This document shows positions 9,866-19,497 of a stretch of DNA of 64,000 nucleotides, in pieces. The notes under the pieces were generated by a model. It had not been told where the DNA came from, ran no database searches, and saw only the letters and a program-made list of their open reading frames with translations. The position numbers were made by a program, and so were the translations under genes. Source of the stretch: Rhodospirillales bacterium (GTDB taxonomy: Bacteria > Pseudomonadota > Alphaproteobacteria > Kiloniellales > CBDCUY01); the NCBI GenBank assembly GCA_965222795.1, contig OZ244972.1, positions 492,286 to 556,285 of the forward strand. Reading direction: 5' to 3'. Numbering within the stretch: the first letter of the stretch is position 1; every line of letters starts with the position of its first letter.

Positions 9866-9940
9866 CTAGTGTCCTTGTCGATCCCGAAATTCGGTCGAGC
9901 GCGCCGCAAAATTGCGCGAATTTCGGAATCGGGACACTAG
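9866..9940. repeat. Hairpin element B (75 nt), a diverged copy of element A
   Basis: CTAGTGTCC pairs with GGACACTAG (9 bp). CGATCCCGAAATTCG pairs with CGAATTTCGGAATCG (14/15). 23-nt loop. Preceded by the same TTGCTAGTG. Confidence 0.8.
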
Positions 9941-10190
9941 ATCAGTCTTCGAATTTTCGCTAGAAGAGATGCCATCGAGGATTCGAATGGCTTGACCTCG
10001 TTGACCCTTGCGTGCTGTCACCACCAAATGATTGTCGAGTGTCAAAACGTCCTTGCTTCATTCAAAGGAATCATGGGCAGAATCTGCGGGTCCATGTAAG
10101 CCGTGCCGATTTCCTACGTAACTTGAAATCAGAGGGAAGATATCTCGACTGCCCCGCGTATCGACTTCGGGCACCCGGTTGGCCTAAGTC

Positions 10191-13100
10191 ATGATACGTC
10201 CGACTATGCGGCTCATCATCGAAGTCCTGGCCGCCATGGCTGTCGGTGTCATCGTCCTCGCCGGCATTGCCATTTGGCGTCTTTCCAGTGGCCCGGTCGA
10301 GGTCAATTTTCTAACCCCTGCCATCGAAGCGGCTCTCTCCGATCCCGCCATGGGCCTCGAGGTCGATGTCGGCCGCACGGTGGTCGCCTGGGAAGGCTGG
10401 CCAAGAACCTTTGACACCTACGCAGAGGACGTCGAGCTGCGGCTTGAGGGTTCCGAAGGCTTGACGACGGCCACCCTGCCAAAGGTCGCCGTCACCTTCA
10501 GCTTGCGTGCCCTGTTGCAAGGCCTGTTCGCGCCCACGGTAATCGAGATCTTTGGTGCTCAGGTCTCTGCGCTGCGGACAGCGGAGGGGCGCCTGCGTTT
10601 CGGCGGCGGGCCAGGAGTGGACGGTGCCGGCACGGACGACGATTTCTCCCAGTGGCCGGCAATCCTTCTTCGCGTGCTGGCAGGCGAGCGGGGTCAAGGA
10701 CATCCATTTTCCTACCTGAACATTCTACGCGTTCGTCAAGGTCGCGTTCTTTTGACCGACGAGGGCCTAGACCTATCCTTAGAGACGGTAGCCAAGGACT
10801 TGGAGGTCCGTCGCGACCAGGAGGGCATCACGGGAAAGCTTCTGCTCAGCCTTGCGGCGGAAGAGCAAACCGCTAGGTTTCGGGCAACATTTCGCCATGC
10901 AAGGGAAAGCCAGCAGACCAATCTCACTCTTTCCTTTGCAAAACTTTCGCCAGCCGTGGTGCAGACGGTCGTTCCTGAGTGGACCTTTCTTGCCGGGATA
11001 AGAACGGCTTTCACCGGATCCTTCGACATCACGCTACGAGATCAGGGCGAGCGCGTGACAATCGACTTTCAGGCAGCGGGTGGACCGGGGACTCTGGCAT
11101 TTGACGGAGTCCTTCCCGTCGCCCATGCTTTCACCGCACTCACCTTGCAAGGACATTATGACAGTCAGGTCAAGCGGCTCGATCTTTCGAAACTACGCCT
11201 TGACCTAGGAGAGGACGGGAGGACGGGGCCCCGGCTTGATGCGAAAGCTGGCCTGGAGATTCTTGAAGGCGCCCTCGCGATTTCCGGCGAGGCAGCCGCG
11301 ACCGAAGTCCCGCTGGACGACCTTGCCTCCTACTGGCCGGAAGATCTGGCGCCCAAGGCAAGACGTTGGGTTGTCCCGAATATTCGCACCGGCATCGCCG
11401 AAGAGGCCCGCCTCAAATTGCGCGCCGGCATCTCAGCCGAAGATCCCTCGGACATCCGGTTGCACGAACTGAGCGGCAGTCTTGTCTATAGGGATCTTGA
11501 CGTTCACTACCTGCGGCCTCTGCCGCCGGTCAATGGCGTGGTGGGTAGCGGGTCATTCGATAACAGTTCGCTGCGCCTATCGGTCGAGAGCGGTGAACTG
11601 GGTGACATCGCCGTTGGCCCGACACAGGTCGATATCCTGGCGGTGGATACAAAGGAGCCCAAAATCGATATTGCGCTGCAAGCCCAGGGGCCCTTTCGCG
11701 ATATTCTGGAACTCTTGGATCACCAGGAGCTAGGTTTGATCACGGCGCTCGGTCAAGACCCGACGAATGCGCGTGGGACAGCGGAGGTGAGCGTCGGCTT
11801 TCGTTTTCCCTTGAAAGAGGATCTCGCATTCGATGATGTCGAGGTCAAAGCCGATGCCAATCTTACCGCGACAACCATGGCCCAGGTCTTGCTTGGGCGG
11901 GACCTCTATAGCAACAACCTCGCTCTAGTCGTTAGTAACCGCGGCCTTCAGATAACCGGGCCTGTAGAATTCGACCAGGCGTTTGCGACGATCGATTGGT
12001 ACCGATCTTTCCTTCGGAACGAGCCCATCAAGCGACGCATAACGCTTTCGAGCTTTGAAGTGAACGATCAGGCTCGCCGCAATCTCGGCATCAACACGGG
12101 ACCGCTGAAGCTGGCCGGTTTGGTGAAGGGTGAGGCCGAGATCACCCAGTGGCAAGACGGCAACCTGAAGGCAGACGTGGCCCTGGAGCTTTCGGAAACC
12201 GGCTTCGAACTTCGGCAACCTGCCTGGCGAAAGGCGATTGGCCAACCAGGTCGAGCGGCATTCAGCCTTCACGCAATCGGAGATGAAGTAACAAGAATAG
12301 ATCCTTTCGACGCCGATATCGGCGACCTGCAAACCCACGGTGTCATCGAATTCGGCGCCGCTGCCAAGGCGGACACCGTCTCGCTTTCACGGCTTCGATT
12401 CTCCCGAAACGATTTGCAAGAGGTGGACATTCGGTTGAATGGCGATGTGGTATCGATCTCTATCGGCGGCGGCGAGCTCGACATCGAGCCATTCTGGGGC
12501 TTTGGCGAACCCTCGGAGAAAACGCCAGGCGAGGCTGAAACAGACGGAGACGCGCGCAGCATTGACCTAACAACCGGCAGGTTGGATCTAATCCGACTGT
12601 CCGAGAATCATTTCCTGGAAAAGGCTTCCATCGCCCTGCAGCGCGAAGGCCCTGGCCTCATTTACTTCGGCGCCCGCGGAGAGGTTCCCAGAAACTTTTG
12701 GCTTCCGTCGGAAGACCCAACCGAAGAGGCTGACCTCTCAGTTCCAGCGAAAAGATTCACGGTCACCTATTATGCCGATGAGGTCGGGCCGTCGCAGCTT
12801 TCGGCGGAAGCCGATGACATTGGCGCATTGCTGCGCGCCTTGGGTATGGTCGAAACGGTGGCAGGCGGTCGCCTTCAAATCGATAGTGCCCGCACTGGCG
12901 AGGAAAATGATCAGCCGTTCCGCGGGCGTATCGATGTGCGCGATTTTGTCCTGACCGAGGCACCCAACCTGGCGCGCTTGCTGACCATCGCCTCTCTTTC
13001 CGGCCTCGTTGACCTTCTCGGTGGCGCCGGAATTCGCTTTGATCAGCTGGTCGGCGACTTCACACTGACGGAAGGGATCCTTGCAAGCGATCTACTGCGT

Positions 13101-13433
13101 GCCTATGGCAACGCCCTCGGCCTGACTGCCGAAGGACAAATCGACCTCGACAGCCTTGAAGCGGACATTGCCGGCACGCTGGTGCCGGCCTATTCGATCA
13201 ATCGCGTCCTCGGCAACATACCGCTGCTCGGCCCGGTTCTGACTGGCGGCGAAGGCCAAGGGGTTGTCGCAGTCACCTACGGCATCGCGGGAGATCTTCG
13301 AGAACCAAAGTTTTCGGTCAATCCCCTTTCAGCCCTAGCGCCCGGCTTTCTCCGGGCCCTATTCGGTATTTTCGACGGCGAGGCACCGAACCCCGAGACC
13401 CTAAAGACCTTTCCTGAAGAACAAGGGCGCTAG
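10191..13433 (+). CDS. Large AsmA-family / YhdP-like (DUF3971-type) envelope protein
   Basis: 1080 aa with an N-terminal TM anchor (LIIEVLAAMAVGVIVLAGIAIW) and a long beta-rich body. C-terminal signature ..LGNIPLLGPVLTGGEGQGVVAVTYGIAGDLREPKFSVNPLSALAPGFLRALF.. is typical of AsmA/TamB/YhdP-like proteins. Confidence 0.7.
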   Translation: MIRPTMRLIIEVLAAMAVGVIVLAGIAIWRLSSGPVEVNFLTPAIEAALSDPAMGLEVDVGRTVVAWEGWPRTFDTYAEDVELRLEGSEGLTTATLPKVAVTFSLRALLQGLFAPTVIEIFGAQVSALRTAEGRLRFGGGPGVDGAGTDDDFSQWPAILLRVLAGERGQGHPFSYLNILRVRQGRVLLTDEGLDLSLETVAKDLEVRRDQEGITGKLLLSLAAEEQTARFRATFRHARESQQTNLTLSFAKLSPAVVQTVVPEWTFLAGIRTAFTGSFDITLRDQGERVTIDFQAAGGPGTLAFDGVLPVAHAFTALTLQGHYDSQVKRLDLSKLRLDLGEDGRTGPRLDAKAGLEILEGALAISGEAAATEVPLDDLASYWPEDLAPKARRWVVPNIRTGIAEEARLKLRAGISAEDPSDIRLHELSGSLVYRDLDVHYLRPLPPVNGVVGSGSFDNSSLRLSVESGELGDIAVGPTQVDILAVDTKEPKIDIALQAQGPFRDILELLDHQELGLITALGQDPTNARGTAEVSVGFRFPLKEDLAFDDVEVKADANLTATTMAQVLLGRDLYSNNLALVVSNRGLQITGPVEFDQAFATIDWYRSFLRNEPIKRRITLSSFEVNDQARRNLGINTGPLKLAGLVKGEAEITQWQDGNLKADVALELSETGFELRQPAWRKAIGQPGRAAFSLHAIGDEVTRIDPFDADIGDLQTHGVIEFGAAAKADTVSLSRLRFSRNDLQEVDIRLNGDVVSISIGGGELDIEPFWGFGEPSEKTPGEAETDGDARSIDLTTGRLDLIRLSENHFLEKASIALQREGPGLIYFGARGEVPRNFWLPSEDPTEEADLSVPAKRFTVTYYADEVGPSQLSAEADDIGALLRALGMVETVAGGRLQIDSARTGEENDQPFRGRIDVRDFVLTEAPNLARLLTIASLSGLVDLLGGAGIRFDQLVGDFTLTEGILASDLLRAYGNALGLTAEGQIDLDSLEADIAGTLVPAYSINRVLGNIPLLGPVLTGGEGQGVVAVTYGIAGDLREPKFSVNPLSALAPGFLRALFGIFDGEAPNPETLKTFPEEQGR

Positions 13434-14478
13434 AGTCTGTCATGTTTAGATAGAAGCATATCCTGCGTTTCTGAAGTAGTTTTGGCATTCGCTGGGTTTG
13501 ATGGTTTGGATGAGCTGGCCGATTTTTCGCCAGGTTTCTTCGATGCTTCGCTTTTGTGCCCTTCGCATCCAATGTTTGATTTTGGCGAATGTCTGTTCGA
13601 TTGGGTTCATGTCGGGCGAATAGGGCGGCAGGAACCACAGGCGCGCGCCGGCCCGCTTGATCAGGTTGCGGATGATCTTGGCTTTGTGGCTGCCCAGATT
13701 GTCCATGATGACGATGTCGCCAGGCTTCAAGCTCGGCATGAGGATCTGTTCCACATAGGCTTGGAATGCCACGCCGTTAATGGGACCGTCGAGGACACAG
13801 GGCGCCGTCAAGGCATCACAGCGCAAGGCGGCGATGAAGGTCATGGTTCGCCAATGGCCATGCGGCGCATAGCCCTTCAGGCGTTGACCTTTGGGGCTCC
13901 AGCCTCGGATCGGGGCCATGTTGGTCTTGATCCAGGTTTCATCAATGAAAACCAATCTCCTGGGATCCAGGCTTGGCATGAAGCTCTTCCAGCGTCGCCG
14001 TCTGCGCGCCACATCGGCACGTGCTTGTTCAAAGGCGAAGAGTGTTTTTTTTGAAGCTTAGTCCCTCGCGGCGCAAAAAGCTCCAAACCGCATGATGCGA
14101 GACCGACACGCCGCGCGCCGCCAGGATCGCCTGTAGGCCGCGCACCGTCAGGTGCGGCGTGGTATTTATTGCCGTGATAATAACATCACGATGGGGTGCC
14201 AGAAGGACCTTGCGGTGGCCACCCATCTTGCCCGGCAAAACGCTGCCTGTCGCGCGGTAGCGCTGATGCCACTTCACGACAGACGACACCGCAACCCCAA
14301 AACGCTCCGCAACCGACCGTGTCGGCGCACCCGAAACCACCGCATCCACAACCCGCTGTCTCAGGTCAATCGAATAAGGCTTGGCCATGCATCCTGCCTC
14401 CTATAGCCAGAAGGATGCTTGAAGCACAGTTCAGCCAAAAAAGATATCACCCCGATTCTATCAAAGCATGACCCGCTC
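13433..14478 (-). mobile_element. IS630-family insertion sequence (about 1046 bp) flanked by a TA target duplication
   Basis: Imperfect terminal inverted repeats GAGTCTGTCATGTTTAGATAGAA (13433-13455) and reverse-complement GAGCGGGTCATGCTTTGATAGAA (14456-14478), about 17/23 identical. TA at 13431-13432 and at 14479-14480. Encodes an HTH plus DDE transposase. Confidence 0.85.
13446..14388 (-). CDS. IS630-family DDE transposase, split between two frames at an A8 tract (ORF-A 14029..14388; ORF-B opens at 14057 and ends at 13446)
   Basis: ORF-A carries the HTH (..RSVAERFGVAVSSVVKWHQRY..). ORF-B carries D..D-x34-E (FIDETW; IVIMDNLGSH; PYSPDMNPIEQ). The frames meet in TTC-AAAAAAAA-C (14045-14052). 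Removing one A gives a continuous ..GLSFKKKTLFAFEQARADVARRRRRW.. protein. Confidence 0.85.
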
Positions 14479-14528
14479 TAGCGCTAGGCGGTGGCTTCGA
14501 GAAATGCTCTTCGGGGAAAGTCCCCGCC

Positions 14529-14996
14529 TCACTCAAGCTCGACGGTGGCCTCAACTTCCACCGCGACGCCCAACGGCAAGGCCCCGGCGGAAATTGCGGC
14601 GCGCGCGTGCTTGCCAGCCTCTCCGAAAACCTCGGCAATGAGGTCTGAGGCGCCGTTGATGACCTTCGGCTGATCGGTAAAATCAGGCGTCGAGTTGACA
14701 AATCCGCCAAGGCGAACCCAGCGCACCACCCGGTCCAAATCGCCGCCGCAGGCCTGGCGGACTTGCGCGATCAAATTAAGGCCGCAAACCCGCGCCGCCG
14801 CCTGCCCTTCTTCCACGGAGAGGTCTTGGCCCACCTTGCCCACGTACTTCAATTGTCCATTCCATAGGGTGATTTGGCCCGCAACAAAAATCAGATTCCC
14901 AGAGATCACATAGGGTACATAGTTCGCCGCCGGCGCTGCCGCTTGGGGCAGTTCGATCCCCAGCTCGGCAAGACGTGCTTCTACTCTTCCAGCCAT
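14529..14996 (-). CDS. RidA/YjgF-family reactive-intermediate deaminase
   Basis: 155 aa. The sequence ..NLIFVAGQI..GKVG.DLSVEEGQAAARVCGLNLIAQV...ARAAISAGALPLGVAVEVEATVEL is a typical YjgF/RidA fold sequence. Confidence 0.85.
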   Translation of the reverse strand: MAGRVEARLAELGIELPQAAAPAANYVPYVISGNLIFVAGQITLWNGQLKYVGKVGQDLSVEEGQAAARVCGLNLIAQVRQACGGDLDRVVRWVRLGGFVNSTPDFTDQPKVINGASDLIAEVFGEAGKHARAAISAGALPLGVAVEVEATVELE

Positions 14997-15130
14997 CGCG
15001 TCGACCTCATTGTTTGTTGAATTCTTAGACTGACTATTACCTACCGAGACCCCATATGGGGAAGCCGCCGCAAAGATAACGCCTCGCCTCGCTGACCGCT
15101 AGGCATTCAATGCCCTTAATGTCCGGTATC

Positions 15131-15165
15131 TTAGAAAAGAAGCGGGGCGGTTAAAAAACCGCCCC
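15131..15165 (-). terminator. Rho-independent terminator, 340 nt downstream of nrdJ
   Basis: Minus strand reads CGGGGCGGTT-tttt-AACCGCCCCG (10-bp perfect stem), followed by CTTCTTTTCTA. Confidence 0.75.
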
Positions 15166-15504
15166 GAAGGTCACAGGGAGACCTCGGACGAGACTCGTCA
15201 GAGGGGATGCGCTTTCCACGGGCCGGGGTGCCCGCCGGAAAACGCGATTGGCGCCGGCAAGGGAGCGAAGACCTGGAACGGCCTCCGTGGGCGCCAATCC
15301 GGCAGTCGCCGCGCCAGAACAGCGCGGCCCTGAGTATCACAGCCTCGGGGAAAGCTGATCCACATCAGGCTCGTTGTGCGCGTCGCGCCTCGAGGGCCTT
15401 GCCTCTGGGGCAAGACCACAGGCTTGCAACACGCCCGTCTCATGGGACGATCCATCTGGTTCTGCCGTCGATGTTTCGAAAGACCTTGGATCATCTTCAA
15501 TTCT

Positions 15505-18500
15505 CTAGCTGCACCCGCTGGTCGCACCACAGGTAGCGCACTTGAAGCAGGTACCGTTGCGCACCAGCGTAAAATTGCCGCATTCATCGCAGGAATCGCC
15601 CGCATAACCTTTGAGGCGGGCCATGCGAATTTCCTCGAGCTTGGCTTCCTGGGCCTGCAGGAACTCCGATGACAAGGCGACCGCATCGCGGCTACCGCCA
15701 TTGAGGCCGGTGCTGGCGCCGTGGGTTGCCAGACCTGCATGGCCGTTTTCCATAACACTTGCCGAACCCGCACCGCCATTGAGCGCAATCGCACCGCCGT
15801 TCACGGTGGCAGCTTGCGTGCGGCTGTTGTTTCCGCCGTCCAAGACCAGCAGCTGGCTGCGGACGTAGCCGGTCGAGGCATAGCGCCGAACGGTTTCGAC
15901 CATATCCCGTTCCTGGGTTGCCAGGGCGCCTTCCTTGGCACCGGCCCCCATGCTGTCAGGCAAGGTGTCGGCCGGTTCCACATGGGCGAGATCGTTGCGA
16001 CCAAGATAGGAAACGGCGAGCTCGCGAAAGATGTAGTCGAGTACCGAAGTCGACATCTTGATCGTGTCATTGCCTTCGACCATGCCCGAGGGCTCGAAGC
16101 GCGTGAAGGTAAAGGCTTCGACAAATTCTTCGAGGGGTACGCCATATTGCAGGCCGATCGAGATGGCGATGGCGAAGTTGTTCATGAGGCTGCGGAAGGC
16201 CGCCCCTTCCTTATGCATGTCGACGAAGATCTCACCGACCTTGCCGTCCTCGTACTCGCCGGTCCGCAGATAGACCTTGTGGCCGCCGACGATGGCCTTT
16301 TGCGTATAGCCCTTGCGCCGCTGTGGCAGACGCCGACGATCGACGCGCTGCTGCACGACGCGCTCGACAATCCTTTCGGCGACGATTTCGGCGCGCTTCG
16401 GCGCAGGCGCCTGGACGATTTCCTCGACCGCATCGATGGCAGCCTCGGTTGCATCGACACTGTCAACGGCCGCGGCTAAAGGCTGGGAAAGCTTCGATCC
16501 ATCACGGTACAAGGCATTGGCCTTCAATCCCAAGCGCCAGGAAGACAAGTAGGCGTCTTCGCAGTCTTTCACGCTGGCCTGCGCCGGCATGTTAATGGTC
16601 TTGGATATGGCGCCGGATATGAACGGTTGGGCAGCTGCCATCATGCGAATGTGGCTATCCACGGAAAGGAAGCGCTTGCCGCGTCGCCCGCAGGGCGTGG
16701 CGCAGTCGAAGACCGGTAAGTGCTCTGCCTTGAGGTGAGGGGCGCCTTCCAGCGTCATCGCGCCGCCGCAGTAAACATTGGCCGCCTCGATCTCATCACG
16801 CCCAAAACCGAGCGCCGTGAGCAGGTCAAATCCCGGCCGGTTTAACTCCTCGGGACTGAGACCCAGCTCATCACGGCAAAACTCGTCTCCCAAGGTCCAG
16901 CGATTGAAGGCGAATTTGATATCGAAGGCGTTGGCTAGGGAGGATTCGAGCTTTTCCAACGCCGCCGCCGTAAAGCCTTTGGCCGACAGGCTCTCGTGAT
17001 TGACGCCAGGCGCGCCGTCAAGCGTCCCGTGACCCAAGGCGTATCTGATGATCTCAGTAATCTCGGTCTCGTCATAGCCGAGACTGCGCAAGGCCTCGGG
17101 AACCACGCGATTGATAATCTTGAAGTAACCGCCCCCGGCAAGCTTCTTAAACTTGACCATGGCGTAATCGGGTTCGACACCCGTGGTGTCGCAATCCATG
17201 ACCAGGCCGATGGTACCGGTGGGGGCAATGACGCTGGCTTGTGCATTGCGATAGCCATATTTCTCGCCAAGCGCCAGGGCCTCTCCCCAGGCTTTGCACG
17301 CGCTCTCGACAAGCGCCGGGTCCACGCAATCGGCGGCCTTAAGCGGCACCGGGGTCACGCTCAGGCCTTCATAACCAGCATCCTCCCCTAGAACCGCACG
17401 ACGATGATTGCGCATCACCCGCAGCATGGCGTCCCGATTGGGCTCGTAGCCCGGAAAGGCACCCAGTTCAGCGGCCATCTCTGCCGAAGTCGCATAGGCA
17501 ACGCCGGTCAAAAGCGCACTGACGGCGGCGCAAATGGCGCGCCCCGCATCCGAGTCATAAGGCACGCCAGAGGCCATCAAGAGGCCGCCAAGATTGGCAT
17601 AGCCAAGGCCCAGAGTGCGGTACTCGTGGGAAAGCTTGGCGATGCGGCGCGACGGAAACTGCGCCATGGCGACCGAAACTTCGAGCGTTATGGTCCACAG
17701 CCGGACGGCGTGTTGCAGCGCTTCGACGTCGATACGCCCATCCGCGCGCCGGAATGCGAAGAGGTTCAGCGAAGCGAGATTGCATGCCGTATCGTCCAAG
17801 AACATGTATTCGGAGCAAGGATTGGACGCATTGATGCGGCCACTTTGCGGGCAGGTGTGCCACTCGTTGATGGTGGTGTCGTACTGTATCCCAGGATCGG
17901 CAGAGGCCCAGGCCGCATAGGCAATGTCCTGCCAGAGCGCCTTGGCCTTGAGGGTTTTGACAGCCCGGCCGTCGGTGCGCGCGGTCAAAGCCCAGTCGTC
18001 ATCTTTGACAACGGCCTCTAGAAAACCATTGGGAACCCGAATGGAGTTGTTGGAATTCTGACCGGAAACGGTGAGATAGGCCTCCGAATCCCAATCCGTG
18101 TCATAGCTCGGGAACTCGATGCGTTGAAAGCCCTGGCGGGCGAATTCAACCACCCGTTGGATATAAGCTTCCGGAACCATCGCCCGCCTGGCCACTCTGA
18201 TCGCCGACTTTAGCCGATGGTTCTTGGCGGGCTCACAGTTGGTACCGGTTTCGTCGTGGTGACAGGCTTGAATGATAGCATTCAGATGATGCTGGCACTG
18301 CTTAGAGCCGGTCACCATGGCGGCGACCTTCTGCTCTTCAATGACTTTCCAGTTGACGAACTCTTCGATATCCGGGTGATCGATATCGACGCTGACCATC
18401 TTTGCAGCCCGCCGGGTGGTCCCGCCGGATTTGATAGCGCCGGCCGCCCGATCGCCGATCTTCAGAAACGACATCAAGCCTGAGGATCTGCCGCCGCCTG

Positions 18501-19236
18501 AAAGCGGCTCGCCGGCGCCCCGCAACCGGGAAAAATTGGTGCCCGTACCGGAGCCATACTTGAACAGTCGCGCTTCACGAACCCAGAGGTCCATGATGCC
18601 GTTTTCGTTTACCAAATCGTCGTCAACAGACTGGATGAAGCAGGCGTGCGGCTGCGGTCGCTCGTAGGCGCTGGTGGAGCGGACTGGCTTTCCGGTCTTT
18701 TGATTTACGTAATAGTGGCCCTGGCTGGGCCCATCGATACCATAGGCCCAGTGCAGCCCAGTATTGAACCACTGTGGCGAGTTTGGCGCCGCCATTTGCC
18801 GCGCCAGCATATGTCGTGTCTCGTCGAAGTAGGCACGTGCATCCGCTTCCGAATCGAAATAGCCGCCGCGCCAGCCCCAATAAGCCCAGGTCCCGGCGAG
18901 CCGATCGAACACCTGCTTGGCGCTTGTTTCCCCGCCGTACTGTTCCTCGGGAGTTAGGTGAGAAAGCTCTTTGCGATCAGCCTCACTGCGCCACAGCCAA
19001 GCCGGCACGCCTTTTTCAGGGACCCGGCGCAGCGCGCGGGCAACACCACGCCTGCGAAAGTATTTCTGCGCCAAAATATCGCAGGCCATCGGCGACCAGG
19101 CCGCCGGGACTTCAATATCACTGGCCTCAAAGACGACCGAACCATCCGGATTACGGATTTCGCTCGCTGTGCGGCGAAACTCAATGCCGTCGTAGGCATC
19201 ACCTTCCGGATTGGTGAATCGTCTCGCGATCCGCAT
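15505..19236 (-). CDS. nrdJ: Class II (adenosylcobalamin-dependent) ribonucleotide reductase
   Basis: 1243 aa. Contains ..[21 protein letters not shown].., ..[15 protein letters not shown].., and a C-terminal Cys-rich tail [28 protein letters not shown] characteristic of long proteobacterial NrdJ. Confidence 0.95.
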   Translation of the reverse strand: MRIARRFTNPEGDAYDGIEFRRTASEIRNPDGSVVFEASDIEVPAAWSPMACDILAQKYFRRRGVARALRRVPEKGVPAWLWRSEADRKELSHLTPEEQYGGETSAKQVFDRLAGTWAYWGWRGGYFDSEADARAYFDETRHMLARQMAAPNSPQWFNTGLHWAYGIDGPSQGHYYVNQKTGKPVRSTSAYERPQPHACFIQSVDDDLVNENGIMDLWVREARLFKYGSGTGTNFSRLRGAGEPLSGGGRSSGLMSFLKIGDRAAGAIKSGGTTRRAAKMVSVDIDHPDIEEFVNWKVIEEQKVAAMVTGSKQCQHHLNAIIQACHHDETGTNCEPAKNHRLKSAIRVARRAMVPEAYIQRVVEFARQGFQRIEFPSYDTDWDSEAYLTVSGQNSNNSIRVPNGFLEAVVKDDDWALTARTDGRAVKTLKAKALWQDIAYAAWASADPGIQYDTTINEWHTCPQSGRINASNPCSEYMFLDDTACNLASLNLFAFRRADGRIDVEALQHAVRLWTITLEVSVAMAQFPSRRIAKLSHEYRTLGLGYANLGGLLMASGVPYDSDAGRAICAAVSALLTGVAYATSAEMAAELGAFPGYEPNRDAMLRVMRNHRRAVLGEDAGYEGLSVTPVPLKAADCVDPALVESACKAWGEALALGEKYGYRNAQASVIAPTGTIGLVMDCDTTGVEPDYAMVKFKKLAGGGYFKIINRVVPEALRSLGYDETEITEIIRYALGHGTLDGAPGVNHESLSAKGFTAAALEKLESSLANAFDIKFAFNRWTLGDEFCRDELGLSPEELNRPGFDLLTALGFGRDEIEAANVYCGGAMTLEGAPHLKAEHLPVFDCATPCGRRGKRFLSVDSHIRMMAAAQPFISGAISKTINMPAQASVKDCEDAYLSSWRLGLKANALYRDGSKLSQPLAAAVDSVDATEAAIDAVEEIVQAPAPKRAEIVAERIVERVVQQRVDRRRLPQRRKGYTQKAIVGGHKVYLRTGEYEDGKVGEIFVDMHKEGAAFRSLMNNFAIAISIGLQYGVPLEEFVEAFTFTRFEPSGMVEGNDTIKMSTSVLDYIFRELAVSYLGRNDLAHVEPADTLPDSMGAGAKEGALATQERDMVETVRRYASTGYVRSQLLVLDGGNNSRTQAATVNGGAIALNGGAGSASVMENGHAGLATHGASTGLNGGSRDAVALSSEFLQAQEAKLEEIRMARLKGYAGDSCDECGNFTLVRNGTCFKCATCGATSGCS

Positions 19237-19397
19237 TTACCCCAGTTCCCTCAGAATTTTTCACTTGCCTTGGCGTTTGAGGATGCTGGATATCACCACG
19301 AGAACGCGACCACCCCCCGTCACTCATGATGCCATATGTTGCTTAGAGCACTATGGCTAGCTCCCTCGATTTGGAAGCTACCTAAATATGGCAGGGT

Positions 19398-19413
19398 CGT
19401 CAATATATTGTGG
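19398..19413 (-). promoter_or_regulatory. Candidate NrdR-box-like palindrome in the nrdJ leader
   Basis: CGTCAATATATTGTGG has a perfectly palindromic core CAATATATTG. About 12/16 match to the NrdR box consensus as I recall it (acacwAtATaTwgtgt). No convincing second box at the usual spacing. Confidence 0.3.
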
Positions 19414-19497
19414 TGGGGATGGAGCACACTTGCAGGATTTTGTGTCTTGCCGGTGAAACATGGCAATCTTTACCCTGTTTGCGGGTATCGATCGAAG

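Noticed and set aside
15265-15274. CGAAGACCTG on the plus strand, resembling the core of the cobalamin-riboswitch B12 box (btuB ..GCCCGAAGACCUGCC..) next to a B12-dependent enzyme gene
   Set aside because: It is on the strand opposite to nrdJ and ridA, with no downstream plus-strand gene. The other cobalamin-aptamer cores (GCCACUG, GGUG..AAUCC, GC.G.CCCGC) are not present in the right order on either strand.
15346-15363. GGGGAAAGCTGATCCACA, superficially like the RNase P RNA CR-I motif (GAGGAAAGUCCGGGCUCCA)
   Set aside because: The invariant AAGUCC is absent, and the other conserved RNase P blocks are missing or in the wrong order.
15198-15494. 98-aa minus-strand ORF (MIQGLSKHRRQNQMDRPMRRACCKP...) starting 11 nt after the nrdJ stop
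   Set aside because: It is extremely basic and Arg/Pro/Trp-rich, uses many rare CGA/AGA/AGG codons, has no SD, and coincides with the dense inverted repeats. This is more likely a non-coding structured region. Not fully excluded.
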